NCBI GenBank assembly: GCA_045133095.1
Contig: JBGUTP010000007.1
Span: forward strand, 75,167 to 139,166
Direction of reading: 5' to 3'
Source of the DNA: Candidatus Enterousia sp.
Lineage (GTDB): Bacteria; Pseudomonadota; Alphaproteobacteria; Rs-D84
DNA length: 64,000 nucleotides
Below, one piece after another: positions 27,264 through 37,581 of the stretch. A program made the translations under genes and the position numbers. The notes under the pieces were generated by a model that made no database searches, was not told the DNA's origin, and worked only from the letters and a program-made list of their open reading frames with translations. The stretch's first letter is position 1. Each line of letters opens with the position of its first letter.

Positions 27264-27917
27264 ATGATTGCAAAGTATATATTCCCTGCACTTTTAATAA
27301 TCCCAACGATGGCAAGTGCTGCGATTCCCTATCGCGTGGAACAGACACGGATGCCACCCCCGGAAACGCCAAGCGGACTGGACAACGAAGCGTACGCCCG
27401 CGACCGTCGTTTTTACATTGGTGGTGCATATAATTTTTCTATGTGGCAAAATTTCACAGACGACAATGACATCAGCATATCTGGCAAAAACACATCTGGC
27501 TTTGAAGCCGTCGCCGGCATTCGCATTTTTGACACTTTCAGAATAGAGGCAAACTATCAACACATTGATGCCAAATGGAATCAGTTATCCTTTACCGGCG
27601 ACACTGTTTTCATGAATGCCATCTTTGATGCCCGCATTGATAACATCTATCGTCTATTCCGCACCCAAATGTTAGTACCTTATGTTGGCATGGGTGCTGG
27701 TCTTTCGTGGAATTCGGCAAAAGATTCCGTCCACTTAGATAAAAAAATATCTCCTGCGTTGGCGGCACTGGCGGGGATAAGCATTGAATTTAACACAATA
27801 TTTGCCTTGGATTTTGGCTATAAATATTTCTATATGTTCAACCCTGGAACCGACACAATATCAGACTTAAATCCAACTGCACATCAGTTCCGTGCCGGCG
27901 CCAGAATCAGTTTCTAG
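27264..27917 (+). CDS. outer-membrane beta-barrel protein (OmpW/Opa-like small barrel)
   Basis: GAAAGGAAG RBS, a signal peptide and terminal ...GARISF. Confidence 0.55.
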   Translation: MIAKYIFPALLIIPTMASAAIPYRVEQTRMPPPETPSGLDNEAYARDRRFYIGGAYNFSMWQNFTDDNDISISGKNTSGFEAVAGIRIFDTFRIEANYQHIDAKWNQLSFTGDTVFMNAIFDARIDNIYRLFRTQMLVPYVGMGAGLSWNSAKDSVHLDKKISPALAALAGISIEFNTIFALDFGYKYFYMFNPGTDTISDLNPTAHQFRAGARISF

Positions 27918-27924
27918 ACCGACA

Positions 27925-28851
27925 ATGTCAAACAAATGTCCATTTTTTGGTAAATGTGGTGGGTGTAAATTCGACTTTACCGCCCCCACATATCACCAAG
28001 ACAAACTTTCCGCCTGGTCGGGTCCCCATGCGACATCCGCCCCAATATGGATACCTGCGGGAACAAGACGGCGTGCGGATTTTGCATTCAATGGTGGCAA
28101 CTTTGGTTTTTACGAGCCGCATTCCAAGAACATTCTTTCCATATCGCACTGCCCTAACCTGACCTGTGACATAAATGCAATTATACCACACTTGACCGCG
28201 CTGCCATGGTCCGGCACTGGGTCATGCCTGGTTACATCATGCGATAATGGAATTGACATCTGTATAACAAGTTCCGTTCCATACTTTTCACCACAATTTC
28301 GTAATGCCGCACAAAAAGTACCTGCATTACGCATCACATGGAACAATCAAATAATCAAGCAATCAGACATCCCCAAAATAACATTTGACGACCAAACCGT
28401 TGAATACCCCAGTGGCGCATTTTTACAACCCAGCATTCACGGTGCCGACATTATGCGTGAACTTGTCTTATCACACACCCATGACTGCACCCGCATTGCA
28501 GATTTGTTTTGTGGGCTGGGCAACTTTACATTTGCCACCAACGCGGACGGTTTTGACATTGTTGGCACAGGCACCACACGCAACCTATTCACCCACCCCC
28601 TGACGGTTGGCATGCTAAACACTTATGACTGTGTTATAATGGACCCACCTCGCGCGGGCGCAATGGCACAATGTCGCGAATTAATAAAAAGCAACACCAA
28701 AAAGATAATTTATATATCTTGTAATCCCGCGACCTTTGCGCGCGACCAAGACATTTTAACCACGGGCGGCTATAAACTTACAACCTTAATCCCCATTGAC
28801 CAATTCACCGGCAGTCATCATTGGGAACTGTTCAGTGTTTTTGAAAAATAA
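27925..28851 (+). CDS. SAM-dependent RNA (uracil-5)-methyltransferase, RlmD/TrmA family, with N-terminal Fe-S Cys cluster and no TRAM domain
   Basis: CPFFGKCGGCKF cluster, a DPPRAG motif and a C-terminal CNPATFARD. Confidence 0.65.
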   Translation: MSNKCPFFGKCGGCKFDFTAPTYHQDKLSAWSGPHATSAPIWIPAGTRRRADFAFNGGNFGFYEPHSKNILSISHCPNLTCDINAIIPHLTALPWSGTGSCLVTSCDNGIDICITSSVPYFSPQFRNAAQKVPALRITWNNQIIKQSDIPKITFDDQTVEYPSGAFLQPSIHGADIMRELVLSHTHDCTRIADLFCGLGNFTFATNADGFDIVGTGTTRNLFTHPLTVGMLNTYDCVIMDPPRAGAMAQCRELIKSNTKKIIYISCNPATFARDQDILTTGGYKLTTLIPIDQFTGSHHWELFSVFEK

Positions 28852-28896
28852 AAACATCCCGAAATATCGGGATGTTATATTTTCATCAGACACAAA

Positions 28897-29481
28897 TTAT
28901 TCTGCATCTTCTGCTTTTTCTTCTGTTGCGACTTCAGCTTCTGGTGCAACTTCGGCTTCTTTTTCTTCGACTTCTTCTACCTTCTTAGTACCAAAAGTCA
29001 AAACCTTACCTGCGACCAAAGCATCAATTTCATCTTGTGTCTGTGCGACAAAAATCTTTACAGGCACAATAACATCTGGATGCAACGCGATTTTTGTATC
29101 GAACGCACCAACAGACTTGATTGGCGCCCCCAACAGAACCTGTGCAGATTCAACATTAACATTCGCCACTTCTTTCAGCATACGTGCAATATCACGTGTT
29201 GACACAGAACCATACAATTGACCTGTATCTCCTGCCTGACGAATCATGTGCAGTTTTGCATTCTTAACTGCGTCAACATTTGCTTCTGCATTTTTCTTAG
29301 CGGCCTCTTGACGTGCGGTCAATTCTGCTTTTTTCGCTTCGAACAGCGCAACATTTTCACGTGTAAAGCGCATTGCTTTGCCATTTGGCAACAAATAGTT
29401 ACGCGCATAACCTGTTTTAACTTCGACTGTATCGCCGATATTACCCAGTTTTGTAATTTTTTCTGTCAAAATAACTTTCAT
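28897..29481 (-). CDS. rplI: 50S ribosomal protein L9 with acidic C-terminal tail
   Basis: MKVILTEKITKLGNIGDTVEVKTGYARNYLLP.... Confidence 0.9.
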   Translation of the reverse strand: MKVILTEKITKLGNIGDTVEVKTGYARNYLLPNGKAMRFTRENVALFEAKKAELTARQEAAKKNAEANVDAVKNAKLHMIRQAGDTGQLYGSVSTRDIARMLKEVANVNVESAQVLLGAPIKSVGAFDTKIALHPDVIVPVKIFVAQTQDEIDALVAGKVLTFGTKKVEEVEEKEAEVAPEAEVATEEKAEDAE

Positions 29482-29635
29482 TTTATCTGTCCTTATTTTT
29501 TAAGTTAGGGTAAAACCCAAATATTCTTTATTAAAAAATAATTAGAATGAGATAGATGCGCCGTTGTTGGCAAGTGCAGTGTACAAATGCTACATAAACG
29601 CGCCAACAACAAGCAAATATCCATTATAATTATTT

Positions 29636-29863
29636 TTACCCAAGGTTGTTGCGAACGAATGGCATTAACCCCAAATGACGCGCACGTTTAATGGCGGTTG
29701 CCAACGCACGTTGGTCTTTCTGTGAAACACCACTGATACGACTTGGCACGATTTTACCACGTTCTGTGATATAGTGTGACAAAGTCTTAACATCTTTATA
29801 ATCAATAACCTTGCCCTTTAAAGGGTTAGATTTTTTACGATAAATTGCTGCACGAACTGCCAT
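29636..29863 (-). CDS. rpsR: 30S ribosomal protein S18
   Basis: ...[46 protein letters not shown]. Confidence 0.9.
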   Translation of the reverse strand: MAVRAAIYRKKSNPLKGKVIDYKDVKTLSHYITERGKIVPSRISGVSQKDQRALATAIKRARHLGLMPFVRNNLG

Positions 29864-30201
29864 TATTCTGCCTCCTCTGTATTCTTTTTCATCATAATAG
29901 AAGGTGTTGTCGCCAATTCGTCAACACGAACATTCAAGAAACGGATAACGTCTTCATCGATACGTGAACGGCGTTCCAATTCTGTGATTTGATTACCAGG
30001 CAATTCGATATTCAGCATGACATAGTGCGCCTTGCGATTTTTACGAATGATATAAGCCAGGTTTTTCAATCCCCAAAATTCGGTAGATTTAACATCCCCG
30101 CCCAATTCTTTGATGATTTCTGTAAATTTAGCCGCTTTTTCTTTAACCTGCGGTTCGGTCAGGTCCTGGCGGAAAACCAAGACGCTTTCATAGTAAGCCA
30201 T
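29863..30201 (-). CDS. rpsF: 30S ribosomal protein S6
   Basis: [21 protein letters not shown].... Confidence 0.9.
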   Translation of the reverse strand: MAYYESVLVFRQDLTEPQVKEKAAKFTEIIKELGGDVKSTEFWGLKNLAYIIRKNRKAHYVMLNIELPGNQITELERRSRIDEDVIRFLNVRVDELATTPSIMMKKNTEEAE

Positions 30202-30537
30202 TTTATTTCCTTTGGTTTAATCAGCCGACGACACCATATCGCCAGCAGGAACGACCACAATTATGGCAATTTTTCAACATAAATCAAGTATTTTTTACAC
30301 AATTCAAAATAAAACATTGCACAAAAACACCACGCTTGCTAGAATTAAAAGCATCGATGGGCATACTTTTCCTTATAATTACACTGATACCACAAACATT
30401 GCTTGCCGCAAAAATCAAAGTTGACGACAGCACACATTAATCGCACACATGAAACAAGACAATTTTAAAACGTAAAACCTATTGACACACATTTTAAAAA
30501 TTTACTAACCTATAACTAAGCGAGGGGTCCAAACAAC

Positions 30538-31311
30538 ATGACAAGACACTTTCACAGCGCACTTAATCGTATGGCTCTATTCACCGCACTGTTGGTTGCG
30601 GGCATACTGTATTTTTGGGCTGATTTCATTCAAATCGCGATTGCCAACGTCTGGTTAAACGGCGTAATTATTGGCACAACCCTGTTCGGCATTGGCTTAT
30701 GTTTCACCCAAATGTTCGCCCTTTTACCGGAATACAAATGGTTGCACGGCTATATCATTGGTCGTCGCAACCTGACGCTGCCTCCATATTTATTACTTCC
30801 TGTGGCGACAATGTTACACACACGACCAAAGCGCATTTCCGCGACCACATTAAATGGTTTTATGGACATGATATTAATGCGTTTTGAAGACTCTCGCGAA
30901 TCGGTTCGTTATATAACAAACACATTAATTTTCCTGGGATTATTGGGAACATTTTGGGGTTTAATATTAACTGTCGGTGGCTTTGCGGAACTTATTGGGA
31001 ATTTAAACTTTTCTGATGAAACTGTTCTAAATTCTATGCAGGCGGGTTTATCTCGTCCCCTGGCGGGAATGGCGACCGCTTTTACCAGTTCACTGCTTGG
31101 TCTGGGGGGCAGTCTGACTGTCGGTTTTCTTGCACTTCAGGTACAATCGGCACAGAACACAATTTATCGCGAACTTGAAGATTATCTGGCGGCGCACACC
31201 CACGTTGCATCAACCGAAGACGTCGCCAAAATTTTACCCCAGATAAACCTGGCAACACGGGAATTAACACGCAGCGTACAAAGCCTGGAACAAAGTGTTT
31301 CGGACCTTTGA
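30538..31311 (+). CDS. MotA/PomA-like proton-channel subunit (4 TM, MotA_ExbB family), non-canonical
   Basis: Two TM helices, then a cytoplasmic loop of about 85 aa, then TM3 (LIFLGLLGTFWGLILTVGGF) and TM4 (AGMATAFTSSLLGLGG). GAGGGG RBS. Confidence 0.6.
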   Translation: MTRHFHSALNRMALFTALLVAGILYFWADFIQIAIANVWLNGVIIGTTLFGIGLCFTQMFALLPEYKWLHGYIIGRRNLTLPPYLLLPVATMLHTRPKRISATTLNGFMDMILMRFEDSRESVRYITNTLIFLGLLGTFWGLILTVGGFAELIGNLNFSDETVLNSMQAGLSRPLAGMATAFTSSLLGLGGSLTVGFLALQVQSAQNTIYRELEDYLAAHTHVASTEDVAKILPQINLATRELTRSVQSLEQSVSDL

Positions 31312-31345
31312 CCCTAAATAAAGACACCAAGAGAGAGAAGAACCA

Positions 31346-32458
31346 ATGATGAACATAAGATACCGTACAACAACCAACGCATGGCCAGGCTTTGTTGACC
31401 TGTTTTCCAATCTGGTAATTATTTTAATTTTCCTGTTGATTGTTTTTGTCTTTTTATGGACAACCACCAGTGTATTTAACAAATCCACCGGTGCAAAAAC
31501 CGTGGCGGAATTAAAGCAACAAAACACCGAACAGGCACAAACAATCGCCCAAATGACTGCCGACGAACAGGAAGCCAAACGTCTGTTAATCCTGGCGCGC
31601 AATCAACTGGAAAACCTGGAACAAAGCAACGCGGCACTGAACGAAGAATTAACAGAAATAGATTCCAGCATCGAAGACCTTATCACTGCATATGAAACCA
31701 AGGTCGTTCAACTGCAAGAACAAGGAATTGATTTACAAAAAACTGTTGCCAATCTGACGACCCAATTAAACCAGGCAAATATTGACAAAGAAAAAACTGC
31801 TGAATTGGAACAGGAACGCCGCAAATTACAAGAACAAATGGAACAACAACGCGCCGACCTGGCGGCACAATTGACGAAACTGCAAGCGGCGCTGGACGCT
31901 GCCGAAGAAAAATCGCGCACTCAGGAAATTCGCTATGTTGAAATGTCCACACGCCTGAATCGCGCCCTGGCGGACAAGGTTGCAGAATTAAAAGACGTAT
32001 CGCTGTACCAATCAGAATTTTACAAAGCCGTCAAACTGGCAATGGGCGACCGCACAACAATTCAAACTGACGGCGACCGCTTTATTGTCAACAGTGACAT
32101 TTTATTCCCCAGTGGCTCTTACAAACTGTCACCCGAAGGCAAAAAACAATTACGTCTTATCGCAAATGTAATCAAAGACATGGAAAATAAAATCCCCAGT
32201 GATATTAACTGGATTATCCGTGTTGACGGTCACACCGACAAAAAACAAGTTCTGGCGGGTACTGCGGGCTATAAAAACAACACAGAACTATCTTTGTTAC
32301 GCGCAACTGCGGTCGCCAATGAATTGGCTGCGGCGGGCGTGTCCAAACGCCGTCTGGTCCCCAGTGGTTTCGGCGACATGCACCCTGTTGAATTGGGCAA
32401 CGACCCGGCTGCCCTTCAAAAGAATCGACGCATAGAATTGCAATTAACAAATCGCTAG
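31346..32458 (+). CDS. MotB-like subunit: N-terminal TM with conserved Asp, about 170-aa coiled coil, C-terminal OmpA/peptidoglycan-binding domain
   Basis: The TM helix GFVDLFSNLVIILIFLLIVF has an Asp at the MotB/ExbD position. Long heptad region. OmpA-like motif NTELSLLRATAVANEL...RRIELQL. Confidence 0.6.
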   Translation: MMNIRYRTTTNAWPGFVDLFSNLVIILIFLLIVFVFLWTTTSVFNKSTGAKTVAELKQQNTEQAQTIAQMTADEQEAKRLLILARNQLENLEQSNAALNEELTEIDSSIEDLITAYETKVVQLQEQGIDLQKTVANLTTQLNQANIDKEKTAELEQERRKLQEQMEQQRADLAAQLTKLQAALDAAEEKSRTQEIRYVEMSTRLNRALADKVAELKDVSLYQSEFYKAVKLAMGDRTTIQTDGDRFIVNSDILFPSGSYKLSPEGKKQLRLIANVIKDMENKIPSDINWIIRVDGHTDKKQVLAGTAGYKNNTELSLLRATAVANELAAAGVSKRRLVPSGFGDMHPVELGNDPAALQKNRRIELQLTNR

Positions 32459-32462
32459 GGTA

Positions 32463-32497
32463 AAACAGGGAGAGTTCCCTGTTTTACTTTTTTTTGT
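32463..32497 (+). terminator. terminator aaaacagggagagttccctgtttt plus T8
   Basis: Hairpin plus T-run between the MotB-like gene and mcrB. Confidence 0.7.
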
Positions 32498-32561
32498 TTC
32501 ACTTGAATTAATATGACTTTTATCGCATAATAAACGCAACATTTATCACAAAGGAAGTGTC

Positions 32562-34526
32562 ATGATTAACACCGAAAAATTAAACGAAATCCTGAACCAG
32601 TATAAATCAGAATTTGCCACCCGTTGGGAACACGAAAAATATAAATGGGCGGCGGTAAAACACTTTCAAAAGCACTGGAACATTGACGCAACCGATTTTA
32701 CCACCATGTTTGAAAAGGCTACTGAAAAAGCCGGTAACCTGCTGGGCGCGGGTCAATTCTGGCCACGAAAAATGATTTCTGTTTTTGCGAACAAAGAATC
32801 AAAAACAGTACGCCGCATGTTTCGCAATTTATTTGATGAAAACAAACCGCTGTTTTCACGCATTACCGCGTTTCGCGACACAGCTGAAAGACTGGCGAAT
32901 GACATCACCCCGGGCCAGCAATCATATCAAACCGCAAACGCCATCACCACATACCTGTGGTTACACTTCCCTGAAAAATATTACATTTATAAATACAGCG
33001 CATCCAAACCTGCCCTGGCATTATTATCAGGCATTGAAATCAAGCGCGGCAACGACGAAACCAACATCAAAGAAACATTTGCATGGCACGATGAACTGAA
33101 CGCAATCATCAAGAAAGATTCTGCACTAAAACAAATGCTGACCAATGCCATCGCCGGGGATAAAGACCTGTATCCCGATAAAAACATGAAACTTATGACT
33201 GGCGACATTGAATTCTTTATCAGCCAACAACAATCCAAAGACAACGAATCTGATTCTGCCACTACATCGGATACGCACTATTGGTTTTTGGTCACCAATC
33301 CAAAATTCTGGGATGCAAAAACCCTGGCAATTGGTGACACAACCTTTTATACATTTTATGAAAACGACGAAAAACGTAAAATTTTCGAAAATTACAAAAT
33401 GGCACAACCTGGCGATAAGATGTTGATATATCAATCGCATCCACAAAAACATATTATCGGTCTGGCCCAAGTTTCTGCAATCGTACCCGACAAAGAATTG
33501 CACTTTACTAAAACAGCCGAACTTGCAACCCCCATTTCTCTTGAAGAACTTCAAGCAATCCCGGAACTAAACAACATCCAAGGATTAAAACAACGTTTCC
33601 GTGGCAGCCTGTTTAAATTAACCCAATCAGAATACAACACGATATTAAAACTGATATCTGACAAGAACCCAAATCTGATAATAACCGAAACACCCGCGGA
33701 AGACGAAACCACATTCATGTCTGACGCGCAGATAAAGGAAATAATAAGCCTGCTGCGAAACAAACAAAACATCATTTTGCAGGGCGCACCGGGTGTTGGA
33801 AAAACATTTAATGCCAAGAAACTGGCACGTCGCCTGGGGGCAACTGCTGATACTATCACCACAATCCAATTTCATCAAAGTTACACCTATGAAGATTTGA
33901 TGATGGGCTACAAACCGAACGCCAATGGTGGTTTTGACATCAGATATGGTGCATTTTATAATTTCTGCAAACGCGCGGCATCAAATCCTGATACACCATT
34001 TGTCTTCATCATAGACGAGATAAACCGCGGCAACATCAGCAAAATTTTCGGCGAACTTCTTATGCTGATAGAATCCAAGTATCGCGGCAAAGAACATGCG
34101 CAACCTTTGGCATACGACTGTGAAAATACGTTTTACGTTCCATCCAACGTATATTTAATTGGCATGATGAACACCGCCGACCGCAGTATTGCCATGCTTG
34201 ATTACGCGATGCGTCGTCGTTTTGCATTTGTCACACTGGAACCTGCCTTTGATTCTGCGGGCTTCCTGGCACACCAGCGCGAATTAAACAATCCACGCTT
34301 TAATCGCTTGATTGATGTGATAAAGAAATTAAACACAGAAATCAGCACCGACCCATCCTTAGGTCCCGGTTTCTGCATTGGTCACAGTTATTTTTGCGAT
34401 TCCAACCCGGACCTGTCCAACATTGTGAAATACGAGATAATTCCAACAATTCAAGAATATTGGTTCGACAACGAAGAACAATCCAAATACTGGACATCTG
34501 AATTGGAACGCGCATTAAATGACTAA
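32562..34526 (+). CDS. mcrB: McrB-family AAA+ GTPase with N-terminal uncharacterised region and PUA/EVE-like domain
   Basis: Walker A GAPGVGKT. McrB signature FIIDEINRGNISKIFGELL. Residues about 238-365 look like a PUA-like beta-barrel (HYWFLVTNPKFW...GDKMLIYQS...IIGLAQV). Confidence 0.8.
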   Translation: MINTEKLNEILNQYKSEFATRWEHEKYKWAAVKHFQKHWNIDATDFTTMFEKATEKAGNLLGAGQFWPRKMISVFANKESKTVRRMFRNLFDENKPLFSRITAFRDTAERLANDITPGQQSYQTANAITTYLWLHFPEKYYIYKYSASKPALALLSGIEIKRGNDETNIKETFAWHDELNAIIKKDSALKQMLTNAIAGDKDLYPDKNMKLMTGDIEFFISQQQSKDNESDSATTSDTHYWFLVTNPKFWDAKTLAIGDTTFYTFYENDEKRKIFENYKMAQPGDKMLIYQSHPQKHIIGLAQVSAIVPDKELHFTKTAELATPISLEELQAIPELNNIQGLKQRFRGSLFKLTQSEYNTILKLISDKNPNLIITETPAEDETTFMSDAQIKEIISLLRNKQNIILQGAPGVGKTFNAKKLARRLGATADTITTIQFHQSYTYEDLMMGYKPNANGGFDIRYGAFYNFCKRAASNPDTPFVFIIDEINRGNISKIFGELLMLIESKYRGKEHAQPLAYDCENTFYVPSNVYLIGMMNTADRSIAMLDYAMRRRFAFVTLEPAFDSAGFLAHQRELNNPRFNRLIDVIKKLNTEISTDPSLGPGFCIGHSYFCDSNPDLSNIVKYEIIPTIQEYWFDNEEQSKYWTSELERALND

Positions 34527-35577
34527 CGACAACGGCATTTTAATCAAAAACATATACCACATGCTGGCCTATGCCCTGCCCGCGTTGGTCAGCAATGGTT
34601 ACGCCAAGGTACAATCCGAACACTTTGACAACATTCACGATTTAATGGCGGCGATATTAATTATCGGCGTTTCGCGGCAATACAAACGCGGACTGCACAA
34701 AGATTACATCACCGTATCGGAAAATTTATCCACACTAAGGGGGCAATTAAACATCGTCGAAACAATTCGCAACAAAATCCTGTCGCGCCACAAACTGGCG
34801 TGCAATTTCGACGATTTTTCCGAAAACAATCCCGGCAATCAAGTAATAAAAACAGCATTATCAATACTATCTAAGTCCAAGCATGTATCCACACCTCGTC
34901 GCCACGAAATAAAAAAACTACTGCAACCACTGTGGCACATTGACACAATCTGCCCCACATCGATAAATTGGGGCGGTTTATTATGTCGGCATCACAACAA
35001 AAATTCTGAATACACGATGCTTTTAACATTATCTCGTTTTGTGATAACAAGCCAACTTCAAACGACGGTCGCGGGTGAAAACAAAACAATAAGCATCCAA
35101 GACTTTACCCACAAAGAACTTGCCGCTATTTACGAAAATTTTGTTTTAGCGTATTATAAGCGTCACTTTCCTGAACTAAATCCGCACGCGCCACGCATTG
35201 CATGGGACATGACGGAATCAACCGCGCCTGAATATCTGCATGACATGCACACGGACATTGTACTTTCCAATGGGCAAAGCACATTGATAATTGACACAAA
35301 GTTTTATAGCAAGCCACTGACCCAACACTATAACAAGACCATACTTCCCCCTGGCAATGTATATCAAATCTTTACCTATGTTATGAATATGGCTGCCACG
35401 ACCCCCAACGTATCGGGCATGCTGCTGTACGCCAAGACTGAAGACAACGCGCCACCTGCCCAAGCTCATACTATATGCAATCACAAAATTGAAATTGACA
35501 CACTGGATTTAAACCAGGATTTTGAAACGATAAAATCCCAATTAAACAATATAGCCAACACACATTTTTCAAATTAA
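34519..35577 (+). CDS. mcrC: McrC-family PD-(D/E)xK nuclease subunit
   Basis: 8-nt overlap with mcrB. Motif D...STLIIDTKFY (the D-x-K core). Confidence 0.7.
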   Translation: MTNDNGILIKNIYHMLAYALPALVSNGYAKVQSEHFDNIHDLMAAILIIGVSRQYKRGLHKDYITVSENLSTLRGQLNIVETIRNKILSRHKLACNFDDFSENNPGNQVIKTALSILSKSKHVSTPRRHEIKKLLQPLWHIDTICPTSINWGGLLCRHHNKNSEYTMLLTLSRFVITSQLQTTVAGENKTISIQDFTHKELAAIYENFVLAYYKRHFPELNPHAPRIAWDMTESTAPEYLHDMHTDIVLSNGQSTLIIDTKFYSKPLTQHYNKTILPPGNVYQIFTYVMNMAATTPNVSGMLLYAKTEDNAPPAQAHTICNHKIEIDTLDLNQDFETIKSQLNNIANTHFSN

Positions 35578-35610
35578 AAATCCCCCTTTCGGGGGATTGA
35601 AAATTATTTT
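35576..35610. terminator. bidirectional terminator aaaaatccccctttcgggggatt
   Basis: Hairpin between the convergent mcrC and FKBP genes. Confidence 0.65.
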
Positions 35611-35936
35611 TCAACGATATCAACAACTTTTACCTTGAACACAACAGACTTACCTGCCAATTCTGGAACATAATCTGTTGGGAAAGTGATGTTAATATCA
35701 CGTTCTTCACCCTCGGCCATACCAACAACTTGTTCTTCAAATCCTGGTACAAATTGTCCACTGCCCAAAGTTAATGGAAAGTTTTCTGCGGTACCGCCTG
35801 CGAACTGAGCGCCATCTAAATACCCTGCAAAATTGATAACAACTGTATCGCCATTTTCCGCCACAGGTGTTTTTTCACCACAACCCGCCAGACCTAATGC
35901 TGCACAGATACCAACAACAGATGCTAATTTTTTCAT
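35604..35936 (-). CDS. FKBP-type peptidyl-prolyl cis-trans isomerase lipoprotein
   Basis: Lipobox LGLAGCG. The FKBP core is present ([12 protein letters not shown]....[27 protein letters not shown]). Confidence 0.7.
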   Translation of the reverse strand: MKKLASVVGICAALGLAGCGEKTPVAENGDTVVINFAGYLDGAQFAGGTAENFPLTLGSGQFVPGFEEQVVGMAEGEERDINITFPTDYVPELAGKSVVFKVKVVDIVEK

Positions 35937-35965
35937 ATTTTACCCCTTTTTTTTACGTTGTTTTT

Positions 35966-36529
35966 TTATTTCGCATATACACATCGAAACCCATATTCAC
36001 GCATAGTTGCGCCCTCGGCTTCGATACGATAGTCAAAATAAGGTGTTGGTCGCATTGCATCGAACGATGGCCTGTCATAGACCATAACAATACTATCTGC
36101 ATTACGTCCACAAACGCGTTTCATTTCATAATCTGCCACGGCTGCCAGTACACTTCGTGCATCGCCGTCAACATCCATACCATCTGCATTTTGCATCAAG
36201 CGCAGGCGCATTTCACGCACATCCGTATTCCCCAGCAATATTTGCACACGAACCATAGTCCCCTTGTATTCTTGCCATCTGGTTTCCATACGTGACGTAT
36301 TCCACCTGTTAGAATTCTGTTCTTTTTCTGCGGCGGTCTTAGGCTTATACGAATCTATATTTGCATATTGGTTATCCGATTGCATAAAAGTACTTGTTCT
36401 TTCATTATACAGTGGCGCATCTTCCCCCCCCTGCGCAAAGTCGGCGGCATTATATGGCGCATCAGATTTTGACGCACACCCCACCAAAGCCAAGCACGCT
36501 AAAACAGCAAACAAAAATGATTTTTTCAT
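35966..36529 (-). CDS. hypothetical lipoprotein
   Basis: MKKSFLFAVLACLALVGCAS lipobox. No family recognised. Confidence 0.5.
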   Translation of the reverse strand: MKKSFLFAVLACLALVGCASKSDAPYNAADFAQGGEDAPLYNERTSTFMQSDNQYANIDSYKPKTAAEKEQNSNRWNTSRMETRWQEYKGTMVRVQILLGNTDVREMRLRLMQNADGMDVDGDARSVLAAVADYEMKRVCGRNADSIVMVYDRPSFDAMRPTPYFDYRIEAEGATMREYGFRCVYAK

Positions 36530-36607
36530 AATTCTATCTCTCTTTTTTTTAATTTTACCAAATAAACTTTTTTGATTCAAGTCACGATTTATGGTAAAAT
36601 CACATTG

Positions 36608-37567
36608 ATGTCAAATATTGTACTAGATTCTTTATTAAAACCACTCGAAGAATTCTACAAACCATCGTTCGTAGAAGAAATCGCCATAAATCACGCGGGT
36701 CAGGTATGGATGCGCCTGCATGGTGCGCGCGTTCCCTGGGTTTCATACGAGGCCGCCACACTAAGCAAACAGTATCTTATCGACTTGATTCACACTGTCG
36801 CCAATATTTACGAGCGTCCCTTTGACCCGATTCACGGCATGCCTGTGGTGTATGCAACATTACCCGGCAATCATCGTTTTACAGCAATTGCGGGTCCCAA
36901 CGTGCAATACGACGAAAACGACGTAACAGGCGGGGTTGCCCTCAACATCCGTGGCGGTGGCGCCCCCAGCACCAGTTTTGAAAACTATCACCTGCGCCGC
37001 GGTCAGGACTTATTAAAGGTAAAACCCCGCGAAACAATTCGCCCGGACGACCCGTACGACCGCCTAATGTCTGCCATCAATGACGGCAGTCCAATATTAA
37101 TCTCTGGCGCGACTGCGACAGGCAAAACAACATTCTTAAATCACATGCTGACATTGATTGATAAAAACAGTCGTGTTATCACCGTTGAAGATGCGCGCGA
37201 AATTCGTGTACCACAAGCGAATCGGGTTCACTTTATTTTATCGCGCACGGAACAAAGCAACAATTTTAATTATGCGCGCCTGCTAGACTTAGTTGTCCGT
37301 ATGACACCAGACGTAATCATAGGTGGCGAAATATCAACCGACAACGCATCGGTACTGTGGGAAATGTTGGGTACGGGTCACGACCACTTTTACACAACCA
37401 TCCACGCCGAAAGTGCCGAAGCCGCCTACGCCGCTTTTGCAGACCGAATTTTGCACACTCAGCCTGCCTATAACCGCGCCGAATTAATCGCAGAAATGCA
37501 TAAAAAGATTCGTGTTGTCCAATTATCACGCGACGGCGCACTGCGCGCCGTAACCGAAGTCGTATAA
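36608..37567 (+). CDS. VirB11/TrbB-family type IV secretion ATPase (orphan)
   Basis: Walker A GATATGKTT, Asp box ITVEDAREI, Walker B RMTPDVIIGGEI and His box GHDHFYTTIHA. Confidence 0.7.
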   Translation: MSNIVLDSLLKPLEEFYKPSFVEEIAINHAGQVWMRLHGARVPWVSYEAATLSKQYLIDLIHTVANIYERPFDPIHGMPVVYATLPGNHRFTAIAGPNVQYDENDVTGGVALNIRGGGAPSTSFENYHLRRGQDLLKVKPRETIRPDDPYDRLMSAINDGSPILISGATATGKTTFLNHMLTLIDKNSRVITVEDAREIRVPQANRVHFILSRTEQSNNFNYARLLDLVVRMTPDVIIGGEISTDNASVLWEMLGTGHDHFYTTIHAESAEAAYAAFADRILHTQPAYNRAELIAEMHKKIRVVQLSRDGALRAVTEVV

Positions 37568-37581
37568 CAACCAAATAATCC

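Noticed and set aside
29558-29610. Hairpin (gttgttgg...ccaacaac, 8-bp stem, about 32-nt loop) between rplI and rpsR
   Set aside because: The stem is short, the loop is large, and there is no T-run. It is probably an operon-internal structure rather than a terminator or mobile repeat.
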